Positions 22,226 through 51,000 of a stretch of 64,000 bases of DNA are shown in pieces. The stretch covers positions 75,976 to 139,975 of the forward strand of contig NIVC01002793.1 in assembly GCA_002269645.1 (NCBI GenBank), read 5' to 3'. Numbering within the stretch: the stretch's first letter is position 1; each line of letters starts with the position of its first letter. The translations under genes were made by a program, and so were the position numbers. The stretch is from Macrostomum lignano. Lineage: Eukaryota. The notes under the pieces were generated by a model. That model saw only the letters and a list, made by a program, of their open reading frames with translations, did no database searches and was not told where the DNA came from.

Positions 22226-24984
22226 GGGTGTGTATAAAAGCTGGCACTGGCACATTGGACACATTGGACACCCCTTTTTATAACAAAATTAGATATGAAA
22301 ATGCAAAATAAACTTGCGGAGATACTTTTAAATAATTTAAAAAATTGATAATAATAGAAATGACATCCTTGCTTTCGTGATAGATGATTTGTTAAATATT
22401 CTTTGTATTATCGTTTTTTGTACATGTTTAATTTGGCATTCGATTTTTTAAAATAATCGCACATGCAAAAACTGCAGCTTGCAATGCTATTACACTGTGA
22501 TTTTACTACCCGAAGGTTCTGTACTACAGGCGTACCGATTTAATGCTAAATATGCCTGATATATGAAATGATCAAACTAATAGTCAGAACTCAATTTTCC
22601 ATAAAATGATGAAGCATTCTGCTCTTATCAAAAAACCACAACTTATTTTGTTAGGATTACTTCATGAAGAACGAACTTTGGATATTCCAAATTGCAAGTA
22701 TTTCTATATTAAAAAAGTTAATACATTGGCAGATTATTTGATGAAAAAATTGCACCCAAAAAGTTTTTTTTACTTTGTAAGATGATGATTAAATTAATAA
22801 TTTCCAAGCTTCTTCTTTTATTAGTTCAATTACTTTTTGTATGATTTCAACCAACAAAAAAAGGAATAGCTACTCAGTGAAAGTTCAAATTACAGTCTCT
22901 TCTTTATATACAATCCTTTTAAGAAAACATTATTATGAATAATTTGCCAAGTCATGATATTTAAGAAATTGTGCTAATCATTTAAATTATGAGTTAAAAA
23001 ATGCAAGCATATAAGTAAAAAATCTACCTCACAGACCAAGAAGTCTTTTTACTGAAAGTTTATATGTGACGCTTTGAAAAAACAACATATAAACCATCTT
23101 CACATAACATTTATTGTCATTTATTTCAGACCTAAATCCTTTAGCACATAAATATTCTGCACGTATGTTGCAGGGTATACTTCCTTCTTCTAAAATCCTA
23201 CAAATGCCACAAAGTTTTAATAGGCAAATTTATTCGTATTGTTTATATTAATATTTCTATATTTATGAGAAGTTTTCCAATAAGAACAAGTTCCCAATCA
23301 GTAAAACACTATATTTTAATTCTAATGTCCAAAATTATGGCATTCTAAGGGACCAAGTGATAGGTTTTAAGCTACTATTAGCACCTGCATGATTTATTTA
23401 TTTAATACCTACACATTCCTTAATGTCTATAGTTCGCCTAATTGCCTAATTGCTAACCCTAATTCTAGCCTTCTTGGCTTACAAGTTTGAGTCTTCACAG
23501 CATATTATTCAATTCAAGCCCTACTAATTTTATTAGCCTCTCTTAATTTTATAAAATAATAATTTTCTTTAGTGTAACTGCTCCAAAAATTTCAACTTTA
23601 ATTTAAGTGGTGTGCCGAAACACCACTTGCACCATTACAGCCGTCTATAATTTTTTTGTGCTAATTGGTTGACCACTTTCAATAATTTTCTTGGGTCAAG
23701 AGTGTGATATATGCATATTGCAGCATGAATTTTTTAAAGAATCCCTAATTTTATACAAGGAATCATATATATTTATAGAAAGTTAGCTCTTAGAGTAGAG
23801 ATAAAGTACATAAGACTATTAATAGCAACTTTTCATACAATTGCTTATGGTAATGATTTCTATTGTTATAAAGTTACAAATAAATAAAAAGTTACATTGC
23901 ATTTAAACTGTACTTTATGAGTTGTAAGCCTTTCAACTCAGAGTGCACTTCAATTGCTTTAATATACATTGCTAGATGTTATTTAGCATTTCTTTGTTAT
24001 TTATCATTTAACTCATTGCATTGTTTAATTGCTAATTTCATTTGCTCGGCTGCAATATTTATTACTTTTTATTAATGCCAATGTTTGTAATACTTTTTCT
24101 CCCCATTTTTAGTGTTTGTGGTATTCTTTTGTCAAATTTTAATTTTCCGCTGTATCTATCTTTACAAAAAATTGTACCTGTAAACTTATGGTTTTTTGCT
24201 TACAATGGTACTGTACTAAATTATATTTATTTCCTTGTTAGATTCTCTAAATTGAAAAAGTAATGCACTGCTTTATTATCATGCATATTGAATATTAAGG
24301 ATAGTTAGTATTCCTTCCTTGAAAAAGATTCTAGAGTTGGATTCTATTTGATAAGAGAATAAATAATTTATTGAGTTTAAATGTTTTTAAAACATTAATT
24401 AATTGCATTTTGATGGAAATCACAACTTAAAAAATTATTCGTTTTTTTATTTAAGACACGGGGGATTTTAAAAATCCATATTAACAGCAAATCAAACATT
24501 AACATTATGGGAGAGAGAGAGAGAGAAGGATTAGATTCACTTTCACCATTGCTGTTGATTTATGGAAAGGCAGTAAACAAGCCAGAGCAGCTGCAAATAG
24601 TCAAATATGCCATGTCCGGCAATAAAATTCTGCAACTAGTCTGCTGCTCACTTTTTCCAACGTTTATTGAGGACAAGAAACGGCATTTAATGTTTCTATG
24701 TTTTCTGTAAGTGCACCAACTAGGTAAATGAAAATGACGTACCGAAAGTAGTTCGACAATAAAGCAAGATAAGAAATGAATTTAAATGTAGAATAAAACT
24801 TGTTGATACTACCAATCTCATGGTTGTTAGAAGTATATGAAAAAGTGCAATTATAAATAAATATTTACATTTTTATTCGAAAGCCAAAGTATATTTATTC
24901 AAACAAAACAACGATCAAAACTCGATTTTTGTTAACATAAGGGGTGTCCAATGTGCCAATGGTGCCCTGCTTTTATACAGACCC
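22226..24984. mobile_element. 2.76-kb Mutator (MULE)-type non-autonomous or decayed element
   Basis: About 60-bp imperfect TIRs GGGT(G/C)TGTATAAAAGC...CATTGGACACCCC; 9-bp TSD ATTTAAACT at 22217-22225 and 24985-24993; GGG...CCC termini; AT-rich interior with no recognisable transposase. Confidence 0.7.
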
Positions 24985-27900
24985 ATTTAAACTGACTTCG
25001 TACATGTTGCTCAATATTATAACACAAATGGTACACTAATTAACACAAAAACGCATTAAACTTAGCCACTTAGGTCGTTCTTTTTTTACATCTAATGCTT
25101 ATTCAGTTGAATTAACTGTCTCAATATCATACATTTAAATACCGAAAAAATGAAAAACGCTACAAAAATTAGCAAGTCAATTGTCTTGATGAAGCATGCA
25201 TGGGATCAATCAAGATATTGAATATTTCTGTGAACAAATAGGCTTACTTCGATGGACTTTATTTCATGGAAAATGACCATGCCTTAATTTCTAGTTTTCC
25301 GTTGAAATTTAAGTCTATTTATCTCTAGTACATGCGCGCTCGTGTGGTGTACATGTACATGTAACTAATACCACATTTATTCTATATTAGTTTTGAATTT
25401 TGATTTATATGCATATATGCATTTTCACGTATACACAACGCATTTTTGCCCTTACATTCACAGTTTCACTGGAAGACTCGAAGAATTGAGTGTGATTTTC
25501 TGAATCAGTCGATCGTTTTTCGGCTATACATGTACATGACACGGTACGTTGCATGCAAGGACCATTGAAGTAGACAGTGGTCCTCTACAGATGGTGCTTG
25601 GTTGCATGTGCATGTCTTGGACAACTGGAGCAGATTATCTTTTAGAAATGAGCTTAAAGCCGGTTATACACTTTATTCGTATCTCTATAGTGCATTTTAG
25701 TAAGCTATATTGTAGCTCGTATAGCTGTCAAGAAATCGGCCGGATTCTTCTAGCGCGAACATGTTGATCGTCGTTTCACCCGACGTTTTTGTCAGTGGGA
25801 GAAGCCCCATTAAGCTCTCTACAATTCGCTAGCATACGAAATTCATTATAGTGATACGACAAATAATTCACACGTCCCTACCGGCCTCCAGCTCATTTAA
25901 GAGAAAATCCAGTAGTGTATACATGCATGTCGCGTCCTTCTAAAATGTACTTTTCAGGAGTCCATACGGTACATGTACATGTAAACCTATAGCTGTACTA
26001 CTGTACAATGTATCATGAGAACAAGGGCCGACTGTAGTACAACTACAGTTTATACTGTATATTATTCCACAGTGGTCTTTGTGTGAGAATTTAGCTGCAC
26101 ACCCAGTAAGTCCGAATTTTATAGCTTCAACTGTATCGTGCAGTGTGTGAGCACGCGAGCACAAAGCAGCGTACACCAGAATTTTCCATGGAATTAAAAT
26201 TAAATGGAAAATTAGAAAAACCCGCCATGTGTTTCGGCTTAAATTGTACATTCATTCCATTTAGTACTGTCTACACTGCAACATGGCCCGGCACCGACAA
26301 ATTAATACTTCTGCAAGTTCTTAATTGTACATTTCCTTTATCAGATCATTATTATTTCATGTTGAAAAGTACAGCCTTTCTGCTTCACTCAAGCACCGGC
26401 CTACTTTTGAACATGCAGGTTTTATCGTTCCCGAAGATTGAAAAGGATTTACAACACATGTTGCATTCAAAAAGCTGCATAAATAGGTCCATCTTCTTCA
26501 AAGCTCATTCCAGCTGTTTTTGCAGCTCCTCTCCAGAGGCATCCTTCAAGTCTTGACCTTCTCTTACCTTTTTAGCGCACCACGGACACACGGGACCAAT
26601 GCGGGACGTCCTTTCTCAACCGGATAGTTTGGGTGGCGCGCAGGCGCGTCCGCCTTTGCAGGCATCGCTACGAAGCTACGCAGCAGGAGGTGGGTTTTGT
26701 TCTGCGGGTAGGGGGCGGAACGGTCTGTGAGAACTCCGCACTGACTGACGGAGAAAACTGTCCCAGCCCCGAGCGACCCTGAGCTCTCCTGAACTGCACA
26801 GCACCATCCTCAATTCCCTTCTCTACCTTCTTTTTCCCGGCTCCTCTCTAATCCATTCAGTCGTATTTCTGTCTCTCGACGCGCAAACCATGCGTCTATC
26901 CGTGACATTCACTCCTGCCTGCCCACGTCTCCATTCTCGCAAAAATTATATTCCCCTCCATATACTGCTGCTCCCTGTCCACTTCCCACACACCAAAGCT
27001 CTGGCGGAGAAGCCGGTGCAAAGTTTGGCTCTATTTGGCGGGCGCACGAAAAACCGACAGTAGGAGAGAGTGCAGTGTAAGCAACTGTGCAACCAACTCA
27101 CGCAAACTAACTTGCGCTTATACCACTCACTCCTCTCTCTTTCTACAGCCGTATGTGCCAATTCTCAGTCCTCGCTATAAACCATATACTTTCTAGCACA
27201 TTTATTTCTTAAGCTGACCGAGTAAAATCCCCAAGGGGATCGCCAACACAACGTTATTACTAAGAAGGCGCTGTTACCTTTCTGCTGGCTGTGGCTGAGG
27301 AAATCCCGGGGAGACATTCTGTAAAAGCAATCCGAGAAGAAAAAGGAAGTGCAGAAGACTGAGACGCAGGAGGCCGAGGTTCCGTGGGAGGGAGACGGCG
27401 GGCTCCTGAGTGGGAAAGGATACGTGGAGGAAAAGTGAGTCCGGAGGGAGTAGAGGCTTGGCGTTGCAGCTGCCTGATCCCTTCTCTCCCTATTCGCGCC
27501 TCCAAATCTCGCTTTCATCTCCTCTTCCATTATGTCTCCTGAGAGCGACCCCCTCAGTCTAAATCCTTTTTACTGCTTCTCCCCTTTGGCAGACGGTTTT
27601 TTCTGACACCCTATTGCTTCTCATTTTGGCTATATCCTCGAGCTAACAAGGAATCTCTGAAGATTATCCATACATTTATCCTCTTACCCACCCCACTAGC
27701 TTTTTTCCCGTCTCCTTTTCTTTCCTGCCTAGACTGCACTTCTCCACCCTTCATTTTTTGCTTCCTCTACCCCCCGCTTATATCTGCTGTCCAATCCTTC
27801 ATCGGCTCGGTCCTATAGGCAGAATGGGAAGGAAGGATAGAATTACCCCGCGGCCGATTCAAAACCTGGACCGTCACTAAGAAGCCCCCCATCCGGGAGG

Positions 27901-28022
27901 AGAGAGAAAAGAGAATCAGCTTAGAACAGGACCTGGCAGGAACCCCGACAAGAATTGCTAATTGATAGCCGGCTCGTGTCTGTTATCCAACTAATTTTTG
28001 CCAGAATTTCCAAGACAGGTGC

Positions 28023-44016
<15,994 letters not shown>

Positions 44017-45189
44017 CAAAGACACGAGCTGCGGTTAAAAATTCTTTGCTTTTTTGTCTTTTTTCGGTCTTTTTTAACTTTTTGATACATCAAAGGTATG
44101 CATGTGGAATTTTTTATGATGTCACTTCAACCCAGATCTCAACCCAGTTGGATTCATACAGATATTTTCCCGTCAGTATGTCGATCCCACGCAGCTATCG
44201 ACGTCGCTGGAAAAATGTACTTTTAGATTGCAGCGAAGTTTTGCCGACGCATTGCCGTCATCATCCTTTCGAACAATGTAAAAAAACGATTTATATTTAC
44301 CAGCAACGTCAATCAACGTAGGTTACCTCGGCGGATGTCATAAGGTTGCACTGGAATTTGCGCCTGCCCAAATTGTCACGTGTTTTATTTTTTTGTCTTT
44401 TGGAGATTTGAAGCTACGTTTAACTTAACTTTTTAATTAAAATTTTAATTTTGAAGTTAATTTCATGCAATGTTTGCGATTTTAGTTTCATTCATGTAGA
44501 TTCAGAAGGTTTCACTGGTCTTCAGGATTTTCATCCGAATGTGTTATTACTGGCTACTTTTTTCAATTTGCACACGCACAATTCAATGATAGTGACTTTA
44601 TATTCGAGCTATATAAATGTCGTTTTTTATATTCGGATTTATTTATCTGACATTTTGTAACTGCGCGGATATTTTGAAAATCAGTTCTTAAAATTAGGCA
44701 TAGCGACTTGCGCCGTCAGTACAAATTATGGTAGTTTAATGTTTAATTGTTTATACTTAAAATTTTATTTTCAAAATCATTAAGTCTCGCCTTTCGTTTT
44801 TAAGTATAGGGTTGAATCGTTTTGAACGGCTTGTTCGCTTAAAAAGGAACTCCTACGCTTTAGTTGGGATCAAATCATAGCTGTACCGCCACAATTTGAA
44901 GAAAACCTCTAACTGACACGCAGTGAAGCTGTCTTGCATTCCTTACTATCTGTCTCCACTAGTCAGACTAAAGTCATCGAATGTATTTGATACCTGTTAG
45001 CCCCGATAACAGGCACGCAGTGTTCAGCAGCTCACTGCAACTGTGAATTAATAAATAAATAAAAGCACCAAGCTGCCGACCTGCGAATTCTGTCGTTGCA
45101 ACATCAGTGACTGGTTCTGCAAATAAATATTTTATTTCGAGCTACTTTTGGACTCGATCATTATTCAGCCAAGACTTGAGGTTTCCAGT

Positions 45190-47401
45190 TGTAGTTGAAA
45201 GTTAAGTGCCAGGTGTGCACAGTTTCTTTATTTATATTTTAGTCACCTTAGAAAAACTACACGATCGGTATATTAAAGAGCCAGAGATATCACGTGATCA
45301 ATAATACATTATCCAGATTATTTATCAACTACTCTACTGAAAGTAGCAGTATAAGTAAAAGACAAGAATAATATTAGTATAGTTAGCATTTACGTTGTAC
45401 CATAATTATACGAGCTAGTAGAAACATCAGCGTAACAATATTATCATCAAGTTGACCCTTTAAGTTACGACACAACATCTTACTCCTATCCAATTGAAAT
45501 CACCAGCCGTAGCGCTGCAGAGGACGTCGCGGACGAGTGGACCGTCGCAGAGCCCGAGCCGGTGGTCCATCGGCTGGACCAGGAGTCGGTGTTCGAGCCT
45601 TTCCTCCTCCGTCTTGCGTTGCCCACTCTTGGACATCCACGAGAGGATCAAACTCGCCAGCCGCAGATGCCTTGTAGTTTAGTCGCAGAGATGTCGGCAC
45701 CAGCGCTTGCTGGTTCCAGGTGCTGCCGTCCGCCAGTCGACAGGCCGCCTTGACGATCTGCAGCGGCGCAGAGAGCCGGCTGCCGAGCTTGCCAGGTCGT
45801 GTTGGCCGGCGGATCCGGACCCAGTCACCGGTGCGTAATGTCGGCTGCCGGGCTCCACGCCGTTGGTCGGTGTACGCTGAAGTCCGCTGTTGACGCTGCT
45901 GAATACGTTCGGCGATATCAGACTGCGCAGCAGTGCCCTTCTTGACCGGAGCGAGTAGAGACATGGGCGTGCGCCAACGGCGACCCAACATCAGTTCGGC
46001 CGGGCTCTTGACAGTCAGGGCGTGCGGCGTGCTGCGGTAGCTCTCGAGAAACTGCAACAGCGCGTCCTGCATCGGCACGTTGACGGCTCTAGACGCTCGA
46101 ATGCTGTCCATCAGGGACCGTTTGAGCCGCTTGGTTTGACCGTTGGTGCTCGGACCGTACAGACAAGTCTTTAGGTGTTGGATGCCCCGCTCTTGAAGGA
46201 ACCCGGTAAAGGCGTCGCCGAACTGAGGTCCGTTGTCGGCAAGGACCTTCTCGCAGAGGCCCCAGCGTGCGAACAGGTTGCGTAGCACCTTACAGACCGT
46301 GTCGGTGGTGATGCTTGAAGTCGCGAAGACCTCCAGCCCCTTGCTGTGCAGATCCGTGATGACCAGTAGGAATCGTGACGACGCCGGCGCTGCCTGCAGT
46401 TCACCCACGATGTCGATGGCGATCTCTGTCTAGTGGCACTGGCAGGGGCTGCAGCGGAGCCGATCGCAGCTTGAAATTTTTCTCCACAGTCTCGCAGGCG
46501 CCGCAGTCTCTGACGAACGTCTCGACGTCGGCGTCCATCCTCGGCCACAAGGTGAACTCGCGAAGCTGCTGCTTGGTACGCACCGCCCTCGGATGTCCCG
46601 CATGCGCGGACTTCAGAAGCTCACGCCGCAGGTCCTGTGGGATGACGGCGCGGTCTTGGAAGGCCAGACAGGAGCCGTCTTGCCAGGTGCTAAAATGCTC
46701 TCGGACTTTTAAGTACGGCTGCAACTCCGTGTCCTTGGCCAAACTCCAGTTGCCGGTGGGAACTCGCTGAATGACTTCGCGCAGGATCGTGTCCTCTGCT
46801 TTGGCCGTCGCTAGCCGCTGTGGCGTGACGATTCGGAGTCGAGGCATTGCGGTGTCTGGCAATTGGATGATGTTCATGTCGGACCCGCAGCTCCACCTGG
46901 ACAGCATGTCGGCCACCAAGTTGCGACTCCCCGGGAGGTAGCGCGCATGAAATTCGTACTGCTGAAATCGGTCACACATCGGTGAATGCGCAGCAGATTG
47001 CCGCTTTAAGCGCCTGGAAGGCTCGCTCGCATTCAGCTGTCCATTTGAACTCGGCATCGCCCTTGAGCAGAGGCCTCAGCGGCGTTGTGACCTCGGCAAA
47101 GTGGGGCACGAACCGCATCAGATAGTTTGCCGATCCAAGGAACGCCTGCAGCTCCTTGCTCGTCGGCGCGCGCAGCTCATTGAAAGCCTTGGTTTGAGAC
47201 TCGGACGGCCGGATGCCCTCCGCCGAGAAGACAAAGCCGAAGAACTCTAATCTCGGTCTGCCGTAGCTCGCACTTGTCCTTGTTGGCGGTGAGGCCGGCG
47301 TCCTCCAGTCGCTTCAGCAGAGCTCACAGCATCGAGTCATATTCGGCCTCAGTTGCTCCGAAGACATCCAGTCAGTTGACCCATCAAGTTACGACACAAC
47401 A
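45190..47401 (-). mobile_element. Internally deleted, degenerate Gypsy/Ty3 LTR retrotransposon (RT and RNase H remnant, integrase)
   Basis: Minus-strand RT end (LKRLEDAGLTANKDKC), NLVADMLSR, HHCC finger (GHPRAVRTK...CGAC), IAIDIVG, VLADNGPQF; catalytic Glu replaced (NGQTKRL). LTR start TGTTGTGTCGTAACTT at 47401 and 45477, the latter preceded by a purine tract GGATAGGAGTAAGA. The distal LTR boundary (about 45190) is approximate. Confidence 0.85.
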
Positions 47402-48061
47402 AAAAGTATCTAATTAATTGAATGGGTAGATTCCAAGTGAACAGTGACAGACAATACAAAAAACAAGCACACTGACACACGCGTATTAATGGGTGCATTG
47501 AGAACAAATTACCAACAAGATCAAGCCACAAACAAGTCTCTAAAGTGGTATAATGTTCATAAATTTGTTCCTGACATCAGCTGATTCATTTCGTGCAAAT
47601 GTCATGGCTGCTACCAGTATAGTTCAGGGCTAAGCGATTTTCTTTGACAATTATTTCTTTAAATCAAAATCTTTTTTAAATTTCAAGGCAATTGTTTCTG
47701 CGCAGTGAAAGAAGTGTCTTGTGATCCATTGATAACCTTTTTCCAGTCTTACCGCGCTTAAATTTGTGTGAAAAATGAGACTGGCTCCGATAGCTAACGA
47801 AATTCAAATTTTATGCTGTTGTTGTTAATGCCAATTGAGTTTGCGTCATCGGCGCTGTCAGACTAAATACCACTGAGTCACGCAATTAAAAAACGTATAT
47901 GGTTTTTACTACCACACTCAGTTCCAAACCATAGGAGCCGTCGCAACGAATATAACCCAAAAATTATTTTCGGAGAGGCCAGAAATAAAATTTCAATTCT
48001 TTTCTGAATTTTCAAACTCATATTTTAAACGACGAATGCAGTAAATTTACTGCAAATTGTA

Positions 48062-51000
48062 ATGGCAAGTTGGGGTGAGTGTGCTTGTAGCATTCATATA
48101 ATAATGGGCCGTTGTTACGGTCGAAAAGTAGTTTAAACCAAACAAAATAATTGGTCATTTTTAGCGCCCTGGAAATTCTTCGTAGTCCTGGTTGCCACTC
48201 AGGTGTGCTTGGGCAGCGGTGAAGTTAGCAGTAAGTTACACGTGAATATTTTTAAACGTCACAATCTTTAGCTTATTTTTTGTGACAGAAGGCACTGTAG
48301 CTGTAGGCTTTACTATAAGACTTCTTTATTATGGCAAACAGTTTTAAGACACAATAATACGTGTGCATGCACTTGTTCTTGAGTTGATTGCCACATTGTT
48401 ATCATAGATATAGCGTCATTGTTAGCAAAACCCTGGAACCGTAGTGTTACAAACGCATCAAGGTACAAACAATCTAGTAAAAATTCAACTAACTTAACTC
48501 GAGAAGGTACGAGAGAGGCATGAGAAAGAGTCCGCCGAGATTTTCCTGCAGGAGATTTGCCAGTCAGCTCTGAATATCTACATGTAAGGGTTGTTACAGA
48601 GTGTTGCTCATGCAGGAGCGTCATCTACCCAGATAGTATTCCGTGTTTGAACGTGGCATCCATGAATATGTTGTTATACAAGTGTATTGTTGCGCTGCTG
48701 GCGCAAAATCTATCAAGTTGTTCTCACTTTTTGTTTCAGATTGTCCAATATTTCAACTTCTAAATGTTAGCACTCATGGTGCCATTGAAAGCCACTCGAA
48801 CACTGATGATTACCTGAGCAGTTTGGCCTGCACCTGGCAGATCAACGCTCCTAGAGGCAAGAAAATTGCGGCCTGGTTCGATTTTGTTCATCTCAGTCCA
48901 GGAAATTATTCGTCCGTGACCGTAATCGACGGAGAGAAAGGGTCGCGAGCGATTGGCAGAGTCGATGGGCGTGACGGTCGACACTTCTTGTCGCCAAAGT
49001 ACATCTCTACTGGAAACGTTTTGTTAATCTATTTTCAAAATCCTGAAAGTAAATTTAATAGCGGTTTTCGACTTCACTACGAGGTTTCGGAAAGCTGTAA
49101 GTTTGCTAACTTGGTTTGATCTGTTAGAGATCACCGGACAAAAGCTATTGGTCAAAACCTCTGGAAAAATGCTGTTAGAGCCTTGGGTTTGCTCATCTCC
49201 ACTAAATTCCGCTCCTCCTGTGGATAGACAGCCTGTCCTGAAAAATCCTAACTGCTGATGTTTTTAGTGTATTGGGCGGAAGGGGATATGACTGGGTCAA
49301 AAATACTCTGTAGTACAGTTACTGCTTGCACCAATATTTATGGAGGGGTTTGCAGGATCTCCGAGGCTCTGGTGTCAGTCGCAGCAGTCTACTCCAAGAG
49401 GCAAGCGGACTGCTCGAACTTTTGCACAATCTCGGAAAACAGTGGCGAAATCGCGAGCCACTCCAACGGCTGCAGCCGCCAGCGCTACGGCAATAATTTG
49501 GTGTGCAGCTGGCGGATAGCTGTAGCCCGGGGCAAGAGGGTGATGGCCTGGTTTGCTTACGTCGACCTAGAAGAAGCTTTTGACTGGGTCGCCCTGCTGG
49601 ACGGTGACGGCGACAGTAAGTCAGGGCTGGTCGTGAAAGTCAGCAAATCTGCAGCTGCCAGATTCCAGTCGCCGATTTACGTTTCAACCGGTAGCAAAAT
49701 GCTGGTAAAGTTCAAATCCGACTCCAGCGTTTCAGGGTATGGATTCCGGATGCACTTCAAAACTACCGAGAGTAGTGAGTACAATTAAAAAATTTTAATC
49801 GAGAAAATATGCTTGTCTCTTGACGCTAGTTCAATAGACCCTGGAAAGACGGGACAGGCGGTTCCAAAAATATTGATAAGCTATTTGACTGATTGACACA
49901 AGCAGGTTTTCATAGCTCTGTTTGCTTTTTAATCAAACAGCAAGGCAATTCTTGGTGCTCTTTGTTTATTTTTATCAGCTTCAAACGGCTCGTGCCTGGA
50001 AAAGTCGTGGCTGGATGCAGGGCAGACAAGTGGCGTGATCTACAGCCACGGCCAAGTGGACACCGCTCCTTATTCACCCAATATGAGCTGCTCCTGGACT
50101 CTACCAGTAGTTTCGGATAGGTATATTCACCTGCTCGTGTTTAATCTGTCGATCGGATCGGGTGATGTGCTGAGTATGTACGGCCGCTGGAATGGAAGTT
50201 CATACAAGAGTTTAGACTTTCCCGGTTGGACTGCAAAGCGCGTACTTCAACTGTTCTCAACTGAGACGGTTAAAATTGACTTCAAGTCCGATGGCCTATT
50301 GGAGTCTACTGGTTTCGTCATACACTACCGATACGATGAGTGTAAGCGACTGCAAGGTCAAACTTGAGCCTTTGAATTTTGTTATTCTCTGAGTACCCTG
50401 CTGACTTGTCCTGAATCAAATTGACAGACTGTACCAGCAACAAGAGACTGACAGCTCCCAGTGGCCAAATTGAAGTTCATAGTGGAATCGGTTTCATTAA
50501 GCATGATTCAAGACGCCATCATCAAGACTGCAGGTGGACCATTGACCAGGCTGAAGGCAACCGCATCGCTATTCAGTTTGCAGAAATCAGTGTAGCCCCA
50601 TGGTATTTTTTCATAAAAGTACTGAATGCGTCAGGACATCAAGTGCTTTATCTGGACAATTCATCCAACTTGACTGATAATTTGCATCGGAAAATCCATA
50701 TAAATTCGAACCTAGTTGTCGTTGAATTCGTTTCTAACGACACTGATAGCACAGAAGCTGGCTTTAGACTTCTTTATAAAACGTCTGATCACTGTAAGAA
50801 GTCATTAAATTTCTTTTGTTTGTGTTGTTAAACATCGTAAAATAATGCACAGATTCTATTTCGCTTCTGTTTCAGTTTGCCACAACTTTCAAAATTTAAC
50901 TGTTAAAATGATGGCGAAATTGAAAGCCACGCAGGTGCTGGAGCTACACGTCACCGACACAATACGACATGCACGTGGCAGATCAACGCCCCAGTAGGCA

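Noticed and set aside
26400-26700. Minus-strand Cys-containing coding-like fragments (CPWCAKK before gtaag; FECNMCCKSF)
   Set aside because: Interrupted by stops and too short to assign to any family by eye.
45170-45200. Possible primer-binding site TGGAAACC next to the Gypsy 3' LTR
   Set aside because: Wrong position for a PBS, no match to a tRNA 3' end that I can recognise, and no TSD resolved.
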